A stretch of DNA of 64,000 bases from an uncultured delta proteobacterium (GCA_963845145.1 CAWJQU010000005.1:544001-608000); one strand, 5' to 3'; positions 50,449-62,520 are shown, counted from the stretch's first letter. The notes: generated by a model from the letters alone, not told the origin. Numbers and translations are program-made.

Positions 50449-51197
50449 TTGGTTTCCTTTAATTTGAAGCGCCAGGAACAAAACCAATCCGCCGGATGCG
50501 TATCCGGCGGGCATCCCACGCACTCGGTCACAATGCGGTCATCAATGGTACGAGCAAAATAGGTGTACTCCACCAACCCACCGGATTTACATGGATAGTC
50601 ATCTAAACCTTTGCGTTTTCGGGCCATCTGCACCCGGCAGGCATTCATTTGAAACACAAATTGATCGCTCTCTTCGTCCACAAAGGATTGTTCGTTGATA
50701 CGGGCGTAGATCCGATAATTTAGGGCCTGTTTCAGGCCTTCCAACCCGGGCTTTTCCGGCAAACCCAAAAATTGTTTGATGGACCACGCTTCATGGGGTG
50801 AAAAATGACCCCAGCAGGTGTCGTTACATCGTTTGGCATCGTTCATACCATGGTTGAATTCCATTGCCTGAAACCATACCCCATCGTTGGCCAGCCAGTT
50901 GACAGCAACGGTATCCATCAATTCCAAAAGCTTTTCCGGAGACATATCCCACAATGCGGCCGGTAACCCGTCGCGCACCTCGAATCCGAACAATTTACCG
51001 AGGCGGTTCATTTGAATCCCCGCGGATCTTCGTGACGCCGACGCGAACACCGCCATCGCTTTTTCCGGTCCCAATTGATGCCGAACCTCGTTGAACCAGA
51101 ACGCATGGTGGACCAGGAGTCGATGACACATATCCGCTACCAATTCCGCCATACTTTCCCGGTCGAGCGCGTCGATTGTCATGGGTTTTGTTGTCAT
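50445..51197 (-). CDS. DUF6125-like Cys-rich cytosolic protein
   Basis: WLANDGVWFQ, CRVQ.AR.RKGL..YPCK and CVGCPPD.HP..WFC; AAGGAG RBS. Confidence 0.75.
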   Translation of the reverse strand: MTTKPMTIDALDRESMAELVADMCHRLLVHHAFWFNEVRHQLGPEKAMAVFASASRRSAGIQMNRLGKLFGFEVRDGLPAALWDMSPEKLLELMDTVAVNWLANDGVWFQAMEFNHGMNDAKRCNDTCWGHFSPHEAWSIKQFLGLPEKPGLEGLKQALNYRIYARINEQSFVDEESDQFVFQMNACRVQMARKRKGLDDYPCKSGGLVEYTYFARTIDDRIVTECVGCPPDTHPADWFCSWRFKLKETK

Positions 51198-51444
51198 ATC
51201 GGCTCCTTTAGCAACATCATATTTATGAATTAAACAGGATATTCTTTTTAAAAACCGCATCCTTTTGGTATTCCGTTTGTTATTCCGTATCGACAAGAAT
51301 ACCCCACCCGGCAGGACAAGTGCAAGGTGTTTTGATAGACTGCTCTGATGGACGGATGTGCCGTGCGAATGACCGTCATCCATTTACCTCATAGGCCAAC
51401 CCGTTACCGATTCGGCCCATTTGTCCTTTTACCGATGATGCCCT

Positions 51445-51524
51445 GGTTGGATACCAAGTAGGTTGGATACCAGGTTGGTTGGATACCAGGATTGTATGCC
51501 AGGTCTTGGACACCTGGGTTGGAT
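51445..51524. repeat. Degenerate tandem array of GGTTGGATACCA
   Basis: Exact copies at 51445, 51461 and 51477 (16-bp period), then variants GGATTGTATGCCA, GGTCTTGGACACCT and GGGTTGGAT. Confidence 0.85.
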
Positions 51525-51598
51525 TGTAAAAAATAACCAAAAAGAGTAAAAGACAATCGCAAAACATTAGACTGCAAGACAACGAACACTAAAATTAA

Positions 51599-51754
51599 GG
51601 GCAAGCCAAGTATGTCGCTGCCTAATCGGCGGTTTCAGGGTTTACAAAAACGCTGGCCAAATAATGGGGGCGGTTCAATGTCCAGGCCAATACCGCATCC
51701 TACGGCTGGATTGATACCCGCCTGGCGAAAGAGAAAGAAGCCGCCGGAGCCATT
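51599..51754 (+). pseudogene. Internal fragment of an SDR (FabG-like) gene
   Basis: GQAKYVAA*SAVSGFTKTLAK*WGRFNVQAN..SYGWIDTRL, with two in-frame TAA, one of them at the YxxxK lysine. Confidence 0.75.
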
Positions 51755-51834
51755 TTCACTTTATTAATTATATATCGATTTGCACGCCGATTGGTGGCGA
51801 ATATTTTAATAATTCTAATTGTAGGGGTAATGAC

Positions 51835-53559
51835 ATGCGGTTAAAACAATGGATTTTGATTGGGTGTATTGGGCTGATCTTTTTCTTGGGTGCTTGTTCC
51901 GATAAGGGTAAGGAGGGTGATAAAACGTCCTCAAAAACCGGTGCAGAGGATATTTTTAGTTATGTACCTTCCGAGAGCCCCTACGTATTTGGAAACTTAA
52001 AGCCTATGCCCAAAGCCTATTTAAATAAAATGATTGGCATGTGGCAAAAAATGCAACCGAGTTATGCCAAAATGATGGAGATGCAGTCGCAATCGGCTGA
52101 AAAGCCGGCCGAAAAAGTCATTATGAAGCTTTCCCAAGCGATTCTGACCGAAATGGCAGCGATTAAAACCATCGATGATATACAGTCCCAATTGGGGCTT
52201 TCTTCTGAGACCACCAGCGTCTTCTATGGGCTCGGACTTCTCCCGTCAGGACGGATCCAGATTGCCGACAAAGCAAAGGTAGAGCAGTTGCTCACCCGTC
52301 TGGAGGAAAAAAGCGGCCAAAAGATGTCCACGGCTGAATTAAACGGCCAGGCCTATCGGTTCACCGAGATTAAGGATGAGGTTCACTTAAAGGCCATCCT
52401 CTCCGTCACGGACGATTATCTTATTTTCGGCGTAGTCCCTGGAAAACAGGCCGATTTTGACCAATTTCTACCCCTTCTTTTGGGCGCAAACAAACCTGAA
52501 ACGGCGCTTAGCCGCTCGGATTTCAAGGCAAAACTGAGCCAATATCAATACCCCGGTTACGGCGATGGTTATGCCGATATCCAGCAGATTGCCGCCGTGT
52601 TGCGCGGTGAGGGGGAAGGGCTCAACCTGGCCTCATTTAAAGCCTTGGCTCCGGAACCCGATTTTAAGCTGCAAATCGGCTGCAATACCGATTTCAACCG
52701 CTCATTTTTTTCAAATATACCGCGTCTGATTTTCGGGATGAACACGGTGACGGAAACCACCTTTGATATGGAAATGGTGCTTGAGTTGAGCACCGGCTTG
52801 ATCGAGACTTTTAAAAAACTCCCCCAATCCATCCCCAACATTACCGAGAAAACAGAGCCTATGTTTGCCTTAGGGATAGGCGCCAACATTCCTGAATTGC
52901 GAATGTCGATTCAACGCCTGATTCAGTATATTATCGACAACAATCAGGATTGCCCTGAATTTGATACCGCTAAGCTAAAGGAGATCATGCCCAAATTGAA
53001 CATGGCCTTAAACCCCATGATCAGCGGATTGCAGTCCATCGTTTTCTCCTTGGATCATTTGGAAACCGATGAAAACGGCCAACCTGCAATGGATACGGTC
53101 GGTGCCTGCCTCGCCCTGGAAATGAATGACCCCCAGGGCCTGGTGGCCATGGGCGCCGCGTTTGTTCCCTCTTTGGCCAATCTGAATATCCCGTCCGATG
53201 GCACAGCCGTAGCCATCCCGCTGGATGGATTGCCGTTGCCGATTCCAGGCCTCTACGCAGCCATTAAAGATAAGCGCTTGGTTCTCTCCATGGGCAAAGA
53301 AGCGGAAACCCGTGCACAGGGCGCGATTGGCGGTGAGGGTATCGCGGATCGCCCCCTTGTCTGGAGCACGTATCAGACCAGTGCCTGGGAACAATTTCTA
53401 AAGTCGGGGCTGAACATTACGAAACAGATGGACAAAGCCGACCAAGATACAATCATGGAGATGTTTGAACAATATAAAGAGATGTTCAAAAGTATCGGTG
53501 GGGGAATCTATGTCACTGATAAGGGCCTGTCTTTTCGGGAAAAAGTTATTTTTAATTAA
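51835..53559 (+). CDS. Lipoprotein of unknown function
   Basis: 574 aa; lipobox LGAC. Confidence 0.75.
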   Translation: MRLKQWILIGCIGLIFFLGACSDKGKEGDKTSSKTGAEDIFSYVPSESPYVFGNLKPMPKAYLNKMIGMWQKMQPSYAKMMEMQSQSAEKPAEKVIMKLSQAILTEMAAIKTIDDIQSQLGLSSETTSVFYGLGLLPSGRIQIADKAKVEQLLTRLEEKSGQKMSTAELNGQAYRFTEIKDEVHLKAILSVTDDYLIFGVVPGKQADFDQFLPLLLGANKPETALSRSDFKAKLSQYQYPGYGDGYADIQQIAAVLRGEGEGLNLASFKALAPEPDFKLQIGCNTDFNRSFFSNIPRLIFGMNTVTETTFDMEMVLELSTGLIETFKKLPQSIPNITEKTEPMFALGIGANIPELRMSIQRLIQYIIDNNQDCPEFDTAKLKEIMPKLNMALNPMISGLQSIVFSLDHLETDENGQPAMDTVGACLALEMNDPQGLVAMGAAFVPSLANLNIPSDGTAVAIPLDGLPLPIPGLYAAIKDKRLVLSMGKEAETRAQGAIGGEGIADRPLVWSTYQTSAWEQFLKSGLNITKQMDKADQDTIMEMFEQYKEMFKSIGGGIYVTDKGLSFREKVIFN

Positions 53560-53651
53560 CCGGATGGTGGGTGCCCAGTACCATTGAGAATTACACTCTT
53601 TTAATTGTGGCGAACATGCCGAGAACGGTTTTACAGTTAGGAGTATACGAT

Positions 53652-54149
53652 ATGAAAAATGTTGATTCCATGGCAATTGCCGAAAAGGCAATGAAACAAA
53701 TTAAGAAAGGCGCTTTTTTAACGGTAAAAACAGCCGACCAATTGAACACCATGACCATCGGGTGGGCCACCATTGGCTATTCCTGGCAAAAACCGATCTT
53801 TATGGTTGTTGTACGTGATTCTCGCCATACCTTCGGCATCATTGAAAAGGCCTCTGATTTCACCGTTTCGGTGCCGTCTGTCGATATGAAAAAAGAACTC
53901 ATGTTTTGCGGCACCAAATCCGGAAGGGATGTGGATAAATTTAAGGCCTGCAACTTAACTCTGTCTGAGGGCCACGACGTAATCTCTCCCATTATCGATA
54001 CGCTGGGTTTGCATTTCGAATGCAAGATCGTTCTCAAAGCACCGATGAATCCCGATTATCTTATCGATGCATATGAAAAACTTTATCCCGAGAAAGATTA
54101 CCACACCCTTTATTTTGGTGAAATTCTGGCTTGTTATGAACTAGAATAG
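53652..54149 (+). CDS. Flavin reductase-family (flavoredoxin-like) protein
   Basis: NTMTIGW, SRHT, FCGTKSGRDVDK and DYHTLYFGEI; AGGAG RBS. Confidence 0.88.
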   Translation: MKNVDSMAIAEKAMKQIKKGAFLTVKTADQLNTMTIGWATIGYSWQKPIFMVVVRDSRHTFGIIEKASDFTVSVPSVDMKKELMFCGTKSGRDVDKFKACNLTLSEGHDVISPIIDTLGLHFECKIVLKAPMNPDYLIDAYEKLYPEKDYHTLYFGEILACYELE

Positions 54150-54162
54150 GCGGTGGGGTTTT

Positions 54163-54219
54163 GATTATCCATCCACAAATCACGCCTATTTAGAAAGAGG
54201 CGTGGTTTGATGGATGATC
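54163..54219 (+). terminator. Long stem-loop after the flavin reductase gene
   Basis: ATCCATC..CAAATCACGCCT-N10-AGGCGTGGTTTG-ATGGAT. Confidence 0.5.
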
Positions 54220-54232
54220 GCTTAAGGAGCTG

Positions 54233-54547
54233 ATTATACACATCTCGCTACATTTTATAGTACCCGCCATTATCGTCGCCCTGTTCTTTCGAAAAGATTG
54301 GAAAGTCGCATATTTCACCATGGCGGCCACCATGCTCGTGGACCTGGATCATCTGCTGGCAAACCCGGTGTACGATCCTGAGCGGTGCAGCATCGGTTTT
54401 CACCCGATGCACGGTTTATTGCCCATCGCCCTCTATATCGCCATTTGTTTGGTTCCCAAACTTCGGTATGTCGGGATGGGTTTGGTGATTCATATGGCCT
54501 TGGACTGGGTCGATTGCCAAATACCCGGAAACCTCGGCCTGGGCTGA
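54233..54547 (+). CDS. DUF6122-like small membrane protein; start uncertain
   Basis: IHISLHFIVP...TMLVDLDHLLANPVYDPERCSIGFHPMH...HMALD. Confidence 0.65.
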   Translation: MIHISLHFIVPAIIVALFFRKDWKVAYFTMAATMLVDLDHLLANPVYDPERCSIGFHPMHGLLPIALYIAICLVPKLRYVGMGLVIHMALDWVDCQIPGNLGLG

Positions 54548-54925
54548 TTGTCTTTGGCGCCATTTGGCCTGAATGACGTTGGCCCCTGACGGTAGCCTTA
54601 TTTGGTCACCCCAACCGAATTCACATCCGTTTATCATTTTCAATCATCACTTCCGTGACAACCACCCCCCTTTGTGTCAGTCCCTCACGAATATGGTTAA
54701 AACAGGGCTCACTTTTGCCAAGAAATTCCGGTGGAAGGATACCCTTAGTATATTCCGAAAAAACGAAGTATTAAACCATTATAACCTGGATAAACGCATT
54801 TAATTCAAGATCGGGAAAATGAGATTTAAATTTAAAGAATTTAATTCAAGTTATTTAAAAAAATGCCAATAACCTTTCAGAGAGATAGACCCTGATGTGC
54901 CGGTTTTTATAATAGAGCAAAAAAT

Positions 54926-55843
54926 ATGACTGATAATTATATCCCAGCAAGAAAATCTCACTTACACTATTATCGTGATGTCCCCCTTTTTGCACATAAC
55001 AAAGAAGGTGAATACGTTCTTTACAAGAAACCCGGCATCAATTTGGCGGATGTCCGAATCAATCAGGAGCTGCATCCGGACATTTTTTATATTGAAAAAA
55101 AAGATAAATTAGCCGGGATTCGCGAAGTTCAAACGGCCTTTAATAAACAGCTTGAAGAAAATATAAATCAAAACGCACCCAAAAAAGTTAAGGATACAAT
55201 CATTGCCATTGTTGAAGAGACTTACCGTGAGCCCAGAACGGGGAGCATTGAGGGTCTGTCGGCAACCGTTGACATACTGGTTAGTGACATCGCCCATGAA
55301 AATGACATTATAAGGAATTTGCTTTTTGTTTCCAGTAACGATTACACGTCGGTGTTACATTCGATTAATGTAATGGCCCTTGTTCTTGGGTATGCAACAA
55401 AAGAAAACTTCTCTTTGGAGGAGAAGAAAATACTGGGCTTAAGCGCCCTTTTGCATGATGTCGGCAAAGCGAAAATTGATTCCGAGATTCTTACAGCGCC
55501 CAGAAAGTTAACCAAGGGTGAGTTTGAAAAAATGAAATCCCACACCACCATCGGCTACCGAATCCTCAACAGCTGTAAATTCACCTATCCTGAAATAAAA
55601 TTAAGCGCATTTCAACATCATGAAAAAAAAGACGGTTCCGGCTACCCGACCAAACGGTCAGATATATCGAAAACAGCACAAATCGTGGGCATCGTTGATT
55701 GCTATGAAGCATTGACCAATGACGACAGGCCCTACCGAAGTGCCATGGAACCTTTCAAAGCATTAACGATTATTAAAGAAGACGTGGAGGCCGGTAAATT
55801 CAATAAAGGTGTTTTTGAAAAGTTTTGCCGCAGTCTCCTCTAA
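54926..55843 (+). CDS. HD-GYP cyclic-dinucleotide phosphodiesterase
   Basis: HSINV, LLHDVGK, HHEKKDGSGYP and DCYEALT..RPYR. Confidence 0.9.
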   Translation: MTDNYIPARKSHLHYYRDVPLFAHNKEGEYVLYKKPGINLADVRINQELHPDIFYIEKKDKLAGIREVQTAFNKQLEENINQNAPKKVKDTIIAIVEETYREPRTGSIEGLSATVDILVSDIAHENDIIRNLLFVSSNDYTSVLHSINVMALVLGYATKENFSLEEKKILGLSALLHDVGKAKIDSEILTAPRKLTKGEFEKMKSHTTIGYRILNSCKFTYPEIKLSAFQHHEKKDGSGYPTKRSDISKTAQIVGIVDCYEALTNDDRPYRSAMEPFKALTIIKEDVEAGKFNKGVFEKFCRSLL

Positions 55844-55891
55844 TCCTGATAGAACCATTACGCTCAATATTTTGATTTATTGCTGGGTTCG

Positions 55892-57348
55892 TCAATGTCT
55901 GACCGTCAGGTGATAAAGTTGGTCCTGCCGTTGAAGGAGGATAATCAGAGATGCTTTATGCCGGTATCGGGCAACAGCTTTGTGGTAGTCTTTGAGCGTA
56001 TTAACGGTGATTTCGTCGATTCGCCGAATGACATCTCCGGGGCGCACACCGATCTGCGTCAGGTAGGCGCTCCGTTCCATTTCAAGAATGACCACACCCT
56101 TATCGGTTTGAAGGCCGTACCGTCGCCGATATTTGGCACTGATGTCAGCGGCGACAATGCCGAAGTTCTTTTGTGCCAGGCGTTCTGCGAGATCGTCGGG
56201 AAACAGGGCCGTTTTTACATCAAGGGCAACCTTCTTTGAATCCCTCCAGATGGCTACCGCCAGATTATGACCCGTTGGGGTTTCTTTTAAGACCGCCTGG
56301 TAATCGGCCCGCGACTCAATAGGGCGCCGGCCGATGGATAGGATAATATCGCCGCTTTTAATGCCCGCTTTTCGGGCCGGACTGGGAGAGAGCACCTCTT
56401 TAACCAGCATACCGCCGTTTTTTCTTCTCAGACGATCCGGAATTTTCAGGTATCCGGCCAATTCCTTATCGATGGGTTGAATAATCAAACCAATCCACGA
56501 CTGGATGACCTCACCGTATTGAATCAGGTCGGAAATGATTTTTTTAGCCCGGTCGATGGGAATGGCAAACCCGATACCCTGGGCTTTGGCGTAAACCGCT
56601 GTATTAATGCCGATAAGCTCCCCGTGGATATTTAACAAAGGTCCGCCGCTGTTACCCGGATTGATGGATGCATCCGTTTGGATAAAATCCCGATAGACCC
56701 GATTATCGGTCCGAACGCTGCGATTCAAGGCGCTGATAACGCCGGTAGTAACGGTATGGGAAAAGCCGAAAGGATTGCCGATGGCAATGACGGTTTCGCC
56801 GATCATCAGGTCCTGGTCGGTACCCATCTCCACCGCCGGAAGGGGCTTTTTTGACTCGATGCGCAGTACCGCCAGGTCCGAATCGAGATCTGCTCCGACA
56901 ATCTGGGCGGTAAATTCACGTTCGTCTTTTAAGAACGACCTCGATACTTCCCGTTTTTTCGATGACATGGGCGTTTGTCAGAATATAGCCCTGACGACCG
57001 TCGATGATAACCCCCGAACCAAGGCTGGCCCGCTGGTAATGCCGTTCAAATTCCGGGTCGAAAAAATCTTTGAAAAACGAATCGAAAAAGGGATGACCGC
57101 CAAAATCGGAGAACGGGTTGGCCCGCTTGTCGAACTTCCTGACGGGAACTGATATTGACCACTGCCGGTCCGATTTTACGAACCGCTTTAACCACCGGAC
57201 TTTCCCTTGTTATCGGGGTGGCGATGGTTTTAGCCACTGTTTCAGCGTGACCTATTCTCTCTGAACCCGTCCAGGTCGCCAGTATAAGCAATACCCCAAT
57301 TAATCCTCCGATTCGGAGCGACGGCAATTTAATGGCTATTCCCCGCAT
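55892..57348 (-). CDS. HtrA/DegP-family serine protease with two PDZ domains; two frameshifts (~57130, ~56928)
   Basis: Pieces join as PAVVNIS, LGSGVII...ILTNAHVI, SDLAVL, IGNPFG and QTDASINPGNSGGPL. Confidence 0.88.
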
Positions 57349-60300
57349 ATCCTATTCCCCGTTCACCCAGATTCCCGTATCGATGGTAGGTATCACAAAT
57401 ACTCTGGTTGATAAAATAATGGATCAACTCCAGGCGACCATCCATCAAAACCGGCGTCCGGGCTATATAAAACCCTGTTTTCGCAGCCGCCTCAAATACC
57501 GACACCGGCACCCGATCTTCGGCGGCATAACGAATGCGTTGGATGCCGCTAAAAGTAGGCGATCACCTCCTCATCTGTTTGCCTCAGGACGGTCGCCCCT
57601 TCAAGCAGGGGCTCACCCTGCCTGCCGAACAGAAAAGCTGTCGCCGAATTGTCTAAATCCGGCGGTAAACTGATCAGCGGCTGCGACCGAGCGATGATTG
57701 TTGCCGCAATTCTTGCCAGTGTATCAAATACGGTATCATCGGTATGAAGCCTCACCATGATTGTACCGACCGGTAGATAGCGCAGAATGTTATCCTGGCC
57801 CCGTAAGTGAAAGTAGTCTTTTTCACGGTTAAATGTATGTTGCGCATGATAAAGATAACTTTCAACAGCACGCACGGCTTTTCTGATATCGTCCCCAATA
57901 TCGGGAAATCGGCCCCAGTCTACCTGCTGCATCCACATCTGGGCAGTGGCCAGCATCCGGTTTTTTTTATGGATGGCGCCCACCCGCGGCATACCGGTTT
58001 CGGTGATGTTCATAAATTGAGTGACATAGTTCGGCCCGCCGGCCTTGATTCCGGGCCCCAGGGCAGACTTGCCGACTCCGCCGAAAGGTTGCCGCAGAAC
58101 AATGGCGCCGGTCGTTCCCCGGTTTACATACAGATTGCCAGCCTTAATACCGGCTTTCCATGCTTTCTGTTCACGCACATCGAGACTTTCTAAACCGGAG
58201 GTCAACCCGTAGCCGGTCTCATTCACATAATCCATGGCCTGGTCCAGATCGTCGGCCCGCATAACCCCCAGAAGGGGGCCGAAAAATTCAGTACGGTGCG
58301 TTTTCGACCCAGGTCGTCACATTCCATTTGATGCCAGGTGTCCAGATATGGGGGTTCGCGTTAACTATTTCCGGCTTGAGAGCCCAGGATTCACCGGGTA
58401 AAAGTTCGGTCAAGGCTTCTTTCAAGTCCCCCTGGGGAGGACGAATCAGCGGTCCCATGCGGTTGTGAAATTCCCATGCCGAACCCAACCGCCAGACTTT
58501 TGCGACATCTATGAGCTGTTGTTTGAAATGAGCGTCTTCGAACACCTCTTTCACAAGAATCAGCAGCGATGTGGCCGAGCATTTCTGGCCGCAATGGCCG
58601 AAGGCCGAATAAATGACGTTATTGATCGCCTGGCCCCGATCAGACATGGCGGTGATAATGGTTGCATTTTTTCCGCCGGTTTCCGCCGATAAAAAAGTAC
58701 TCGGCTTTGCGTTCAATATTCTAAGGCCCGTATCCGTTCCACCCGTTAAGATGACAAAATCGACATCCGGATGGGAGATCAGCTTTTGCCCCGACTGACT
58801 GCCCTCACAGGGCACGAATTGCAGTGTGTTTTGGGATATACCGGCCTCCCAGAAGCAGCGGCACAATTCCCAGGCCACCAGTACGGCATGGGAAGACGGT
58901 TTGAATATCACGGTATTTCCGGCCGCCAGCGCCGCCACTATGCCGCCGCAGGGAATGGCAATGGGAAAGTTCCAGGGTGAAATCACCACCCCGACCCCTT
59001 TTCCCTGAATGTTGAGATGGTCGATATCAAAAAAGGGGGCGGCGGAAAAGGGATAATATTCGGCAAAATCGACGGCTTCGGATACCTCGACATCCGCTTC
59101 GCTGAAAATCTTTCCGGTATTGGCAACGGCGGCCCCGACCAGGTTGCCCCGCGCCCGGCGCAAATTATGGGCGACATCGGTTAGAATTCGATGACGTTCG
59201 CGATGACCGGTATGGCGCCATCCATCCGGGTCCGCTTTAGCCGTAACCACGGCTTGAATCAAATTGTTTTCATCCGCCAGCGCATACCGGGCCACGCACG
59301 CCTGGTCATGGTATTGGGACGGATCCATGGTCGAGCGACTGTGCCGATCTTCGAAGATTTCACGGCCCGCCACCACAACCGGAATTTGCATCGGTGCATC
59401 ATCCGGTCTTTTTTGCCACTTTTCCCGAATGGCCCGGGCCCAATCACGATTAAATTGAGCGGTCCAGTCCGTATCGGACTCGTTTCGAAACCCATTGTCA
59501 TAATAAGTGCCGGTTTTGGCCTGGATCGTTTCACGACAGCGATCCTGGCTCCGATGGGGCTCGGTACCGGCGGATGCCATTCGACCGATTGAAGCGATGA
59601 AATGGTTTTCCAAAAACGTCCAGGCGGAGGAATCGGTTTTCAGGTTGGGGGCATGACGTAAAAAATTTTCTTCAGAAGTGTTCTCATCCAGGCGCCGGAT
59701 GAGGTAAGCGATGGCATTGATAAACGCCTCTTTGGTTGCCACGGGTGCGTATAAAAGCACATCCTCGTTTGTTTCCCCCAGAGCCCGCCTGACATGATCG
59801 GCCATTCCTTCCAGCATTTCGAAATAAAAAAAATCACTCACTTGGTTTGCTTGGCCCAGTTCATAGGCAAAGGCCAATTCAAAAAGATTGTGGGAGGCGA
59901 TCCCCAGATTAACCGCCCGGATGTTATCGGGATCCATGCCGAAACGGACCATACGCTTGTAATTGGCGTCCACATCCAGCTTGTTGTCGTAAGGCGCCAG
60001 GGGCCAGTTGTGCAACGCGGACTCCACCTGCTCCATTTCCATGTTGGCCCCTTTAACGATACGTATTTTTATGGGGCTACCCCCCGCGGCGACCCGTTCT
60101 TTGGCCCACTCGGTCAGCTTACACTGGATATTAAATGAATCGGGCAGGTACGCCTGCAACACGATTCCCGCCGAGTGACTGGTGAATTCGGGCTGTGAGA
60201 GGGTTTGCATGAACGCCGCTGTGGTAATATCAAGATCGCGGTACTCTTCCATATCGAGATTGACAAATTTTGAGACGCGGGTGCCGTCTTGACGGACAAA

Positions 60301-60951
60301 TTCATTTTTGGCCGCCTGGTGATACAACCGTGAGAGCCGCTCCACCAGAATGGCGACGGTGTGGTCAAAGGCCAGTGAATGAATCTGGGAATAAATAGTG
60401 GATATCTTCACCGAGATATACTCAACCTCGGGATCTTTCAGATCCTGCAGGTAGGTTTTCAGGCGACGTCGGGCCTCTTCTTCCCCTAAAACCGCCTCGC
60501 CCAGATGGTTGATATTCATCCGCACGCCCTGTTTTTTCCTTTTGGCCAAATGGGCATGGAGAGGTCCCGGTTCACCGGATATAATAGCGCGGCTGCTGTT
60601 GTTCCGCATTTTATCGACCAGTTTAGATACGGTGAATTCGGGGAAATGGCGGCCAAACCCAAGAAACATCTGTACCAGCAGCTTGTCGACTTTCGGCAGA
60701 AAATCGGGTGTGCCATGTTTTTTAAGCAAATGGTTCATCTGATCGGCCACCCGCTTGGCGTCATTCGAGCGAAAACATTGGTCGATCATCTTCGTAAGGA
60801 CCACTTTGTCCATGGGGTGCGATAACAAACGACGCATCTGTTCCTGGATTCCTTTTTCTTCATGCGTCAAAAGTTCATTGGCCCGATCTTGCCATTGTCG
60901 AGCCCGGGCAACCGCTTTTTTAGTTAAATTATCTGCAGGTTGAGTATCCAT
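57329..60951 (-). CDS. putA: Bifunctional proline dehydrogenase / P5C dehydrogenase; two frameshifts (~58316, ~57552)
   Basis: NLDMEEY, RIVKGAN, YLIRRLDEN, ISPWNFP, AETGGKN and GQKCSA. After the shifts: EFFGP, QPFGG and terminal YHRYGN. Confidence 0.9.
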
Positions 60952-61284
60952 TTGATGAAAGTCTCCTTTAATACCATTAAGTATCGTTAATGATCCTCTC
61001 AATCTTGTCGATTCATACCATTTTTTCAACCAAACCGGAACGCTTGAATCGGACACAACAAATGGCGCTATTTAATCAATCCGGCGCCGACCATAAAAAA
61101 GAAAAAGGCCCGGTGGCTACTGAATTGACCAGATTATCCCCGGATCATCCCCTGTTTGACAATGGGGTCTGATGACAGTATTTTATTTTTATCAGAGATA
61201 AGCCACTGACTGGACCGCCCCGTCAGAAGGACCCGTGACCGATATCTTGGCCCTCATAATCTTTCACTGCGACGATTGCCCCAT

Positions 61285-62520
61285 ATGACCCGTTATACGC
61301 AAAAAGAAATTCAAGACATGGATCGCCTTGATCCATTGGCCAAAAAGCGTTCTGAATTCGATATTCCGTCCGACCTGATCTACCTGGACGGTAATTCCCT
61401 GGGTGTTTTACCGAAATCGGTACCCGCTCACCTGAATGAAGTGGTGACGCGGCAGTGGGGTAAAAGCCTCATCCGGGGCTGGAACGAACACCACTGGATC
61501 GATTTGCCGACGCGGGTGGGAGATAAAATCGCACAGCTCATCGGCGCAGATTCAGGGACAGTGGTCGCCACCGATTCCACCTCGATTAATCTCTTTAAAG
61601 TGCTGGCGGCGGCGCTTACCCTGCGGCCCGAGCGCAAGGTCATTCTTTCGGATACGGGAAACTTTCCCACCGACCTTTACATGGCCCAGGGGTTGCGTGA
61701 TCTGTTGGCACATGGTCACCACTTGAAACTGGTCGCCCCGGAACAAGTGGAATCCGCCATCGACGAATCCGTCGCGGTGTTGATGTTGACCGAAGTCGAT
61801 TACAAAACGGGCCGCAGACACGCGATGGCACCGTTGACGAAGAACGCCCATAATGTCGGTGCCGTTGCCGTGTGGGATCTGGCACACTCTGCGGGTGCTT
61901 TCCCGGTTGACCTCAAGGGTGCAGGGGCAGATTTCGCCGTGGGTTGTGGTTACAAGTATTTAAACGGCGGCCCCGGCGCGCCGGCATTTCTCTACGTGGC
62001 ACCAAAACATCAAGAGCGGGTAGCGCCACCGCTTTCCGGCTGGATGGGGCATGCAGCGCCTTTTGTATTCGATCTGGACTATCACCCCGCCGCTGGTGTC
62101 GATCGTATGCGGGTGGGGACGCCCCCGGTACTTTCACTCGCCGCCCTGGATCGTGCACTCGATGTCTTTGCCGATGTCGATCTGTCGGAATTGAGCAACA
62201 AATCCGTCAGCCTTTGTGAACTCTTCATCACCGAGGTCGCAGAGCGTTGCCCCGATTTGGTGTTGGTTAGTCCGCGAGATGCGCGTCATCGCGGCAGTCA
62301 GGTGTCGTTTCGCTGCAATTATGGTTACCCCCTGATGCAAGCGTTGATTGCACGCAACGTCATTGGTGATTTCCGTGCACCCGATATCGTACGTTTCGGC
62401 TTCACGCCCCTTTACCTATCCCATGGGGATGTGTTCCGGGCAGCCGAAATATTAGAAGACATCACCATCACCCGTGCTTGGGATCGACCTGAATTCAAAA
62501 TTAGGGCGAAGGTAACATGA
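61285..62520 (+). CDS. kynU: Kynureninase
   Basis: [36 protein letters not shown] and GDFRAP. Confidence 0.95.
   Translation: MTRYTQKEIQDMDRLDPLAKKRSEFDIPSDLIYLDGNSLGVLPKSVPAHLNEVVTRQWGKSLIRGWNEHHWIDLPTRVGDKIAQLIGADSGTVVATDSTSINLFKVLAAALTLRPERKVILSDTGNFPTDLYMAQGLRDLLAHGHHLKLVAPEQVESAIDESVAVLMLTEVDYKTGRRHAMAPLTKNAHNVGAVAVWDLAHSAGAFPVDLKGAGADFAVGCGYKYLNGGPGAPAFLYVAPKHQERVAPPLSGWMGHAAPFVFDLDYHPAAGVDRMRVGTPPVLSLAALDRALDVFADVDLSELSNKSVSLCELFITEVAERCPDLVLVSPRDARHRGSQVSFRCNYGYPLMQALIARNVIGDFRAPDIVRFGFTPLYLSHGDVFRAAEILEDITITRAWDRPEFKIRAKVT

Noticed and set aside
51445..51524. CRISPR array
   Set aside because: 12-bp units, spacers of 4 bp or less, and no cas genes in the window.
54416..54720. Possible glyoxalase/VOC gene fragment on the minus strand
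   Set aside because: The similarity (GWG..IRLPSG) is too short to support.
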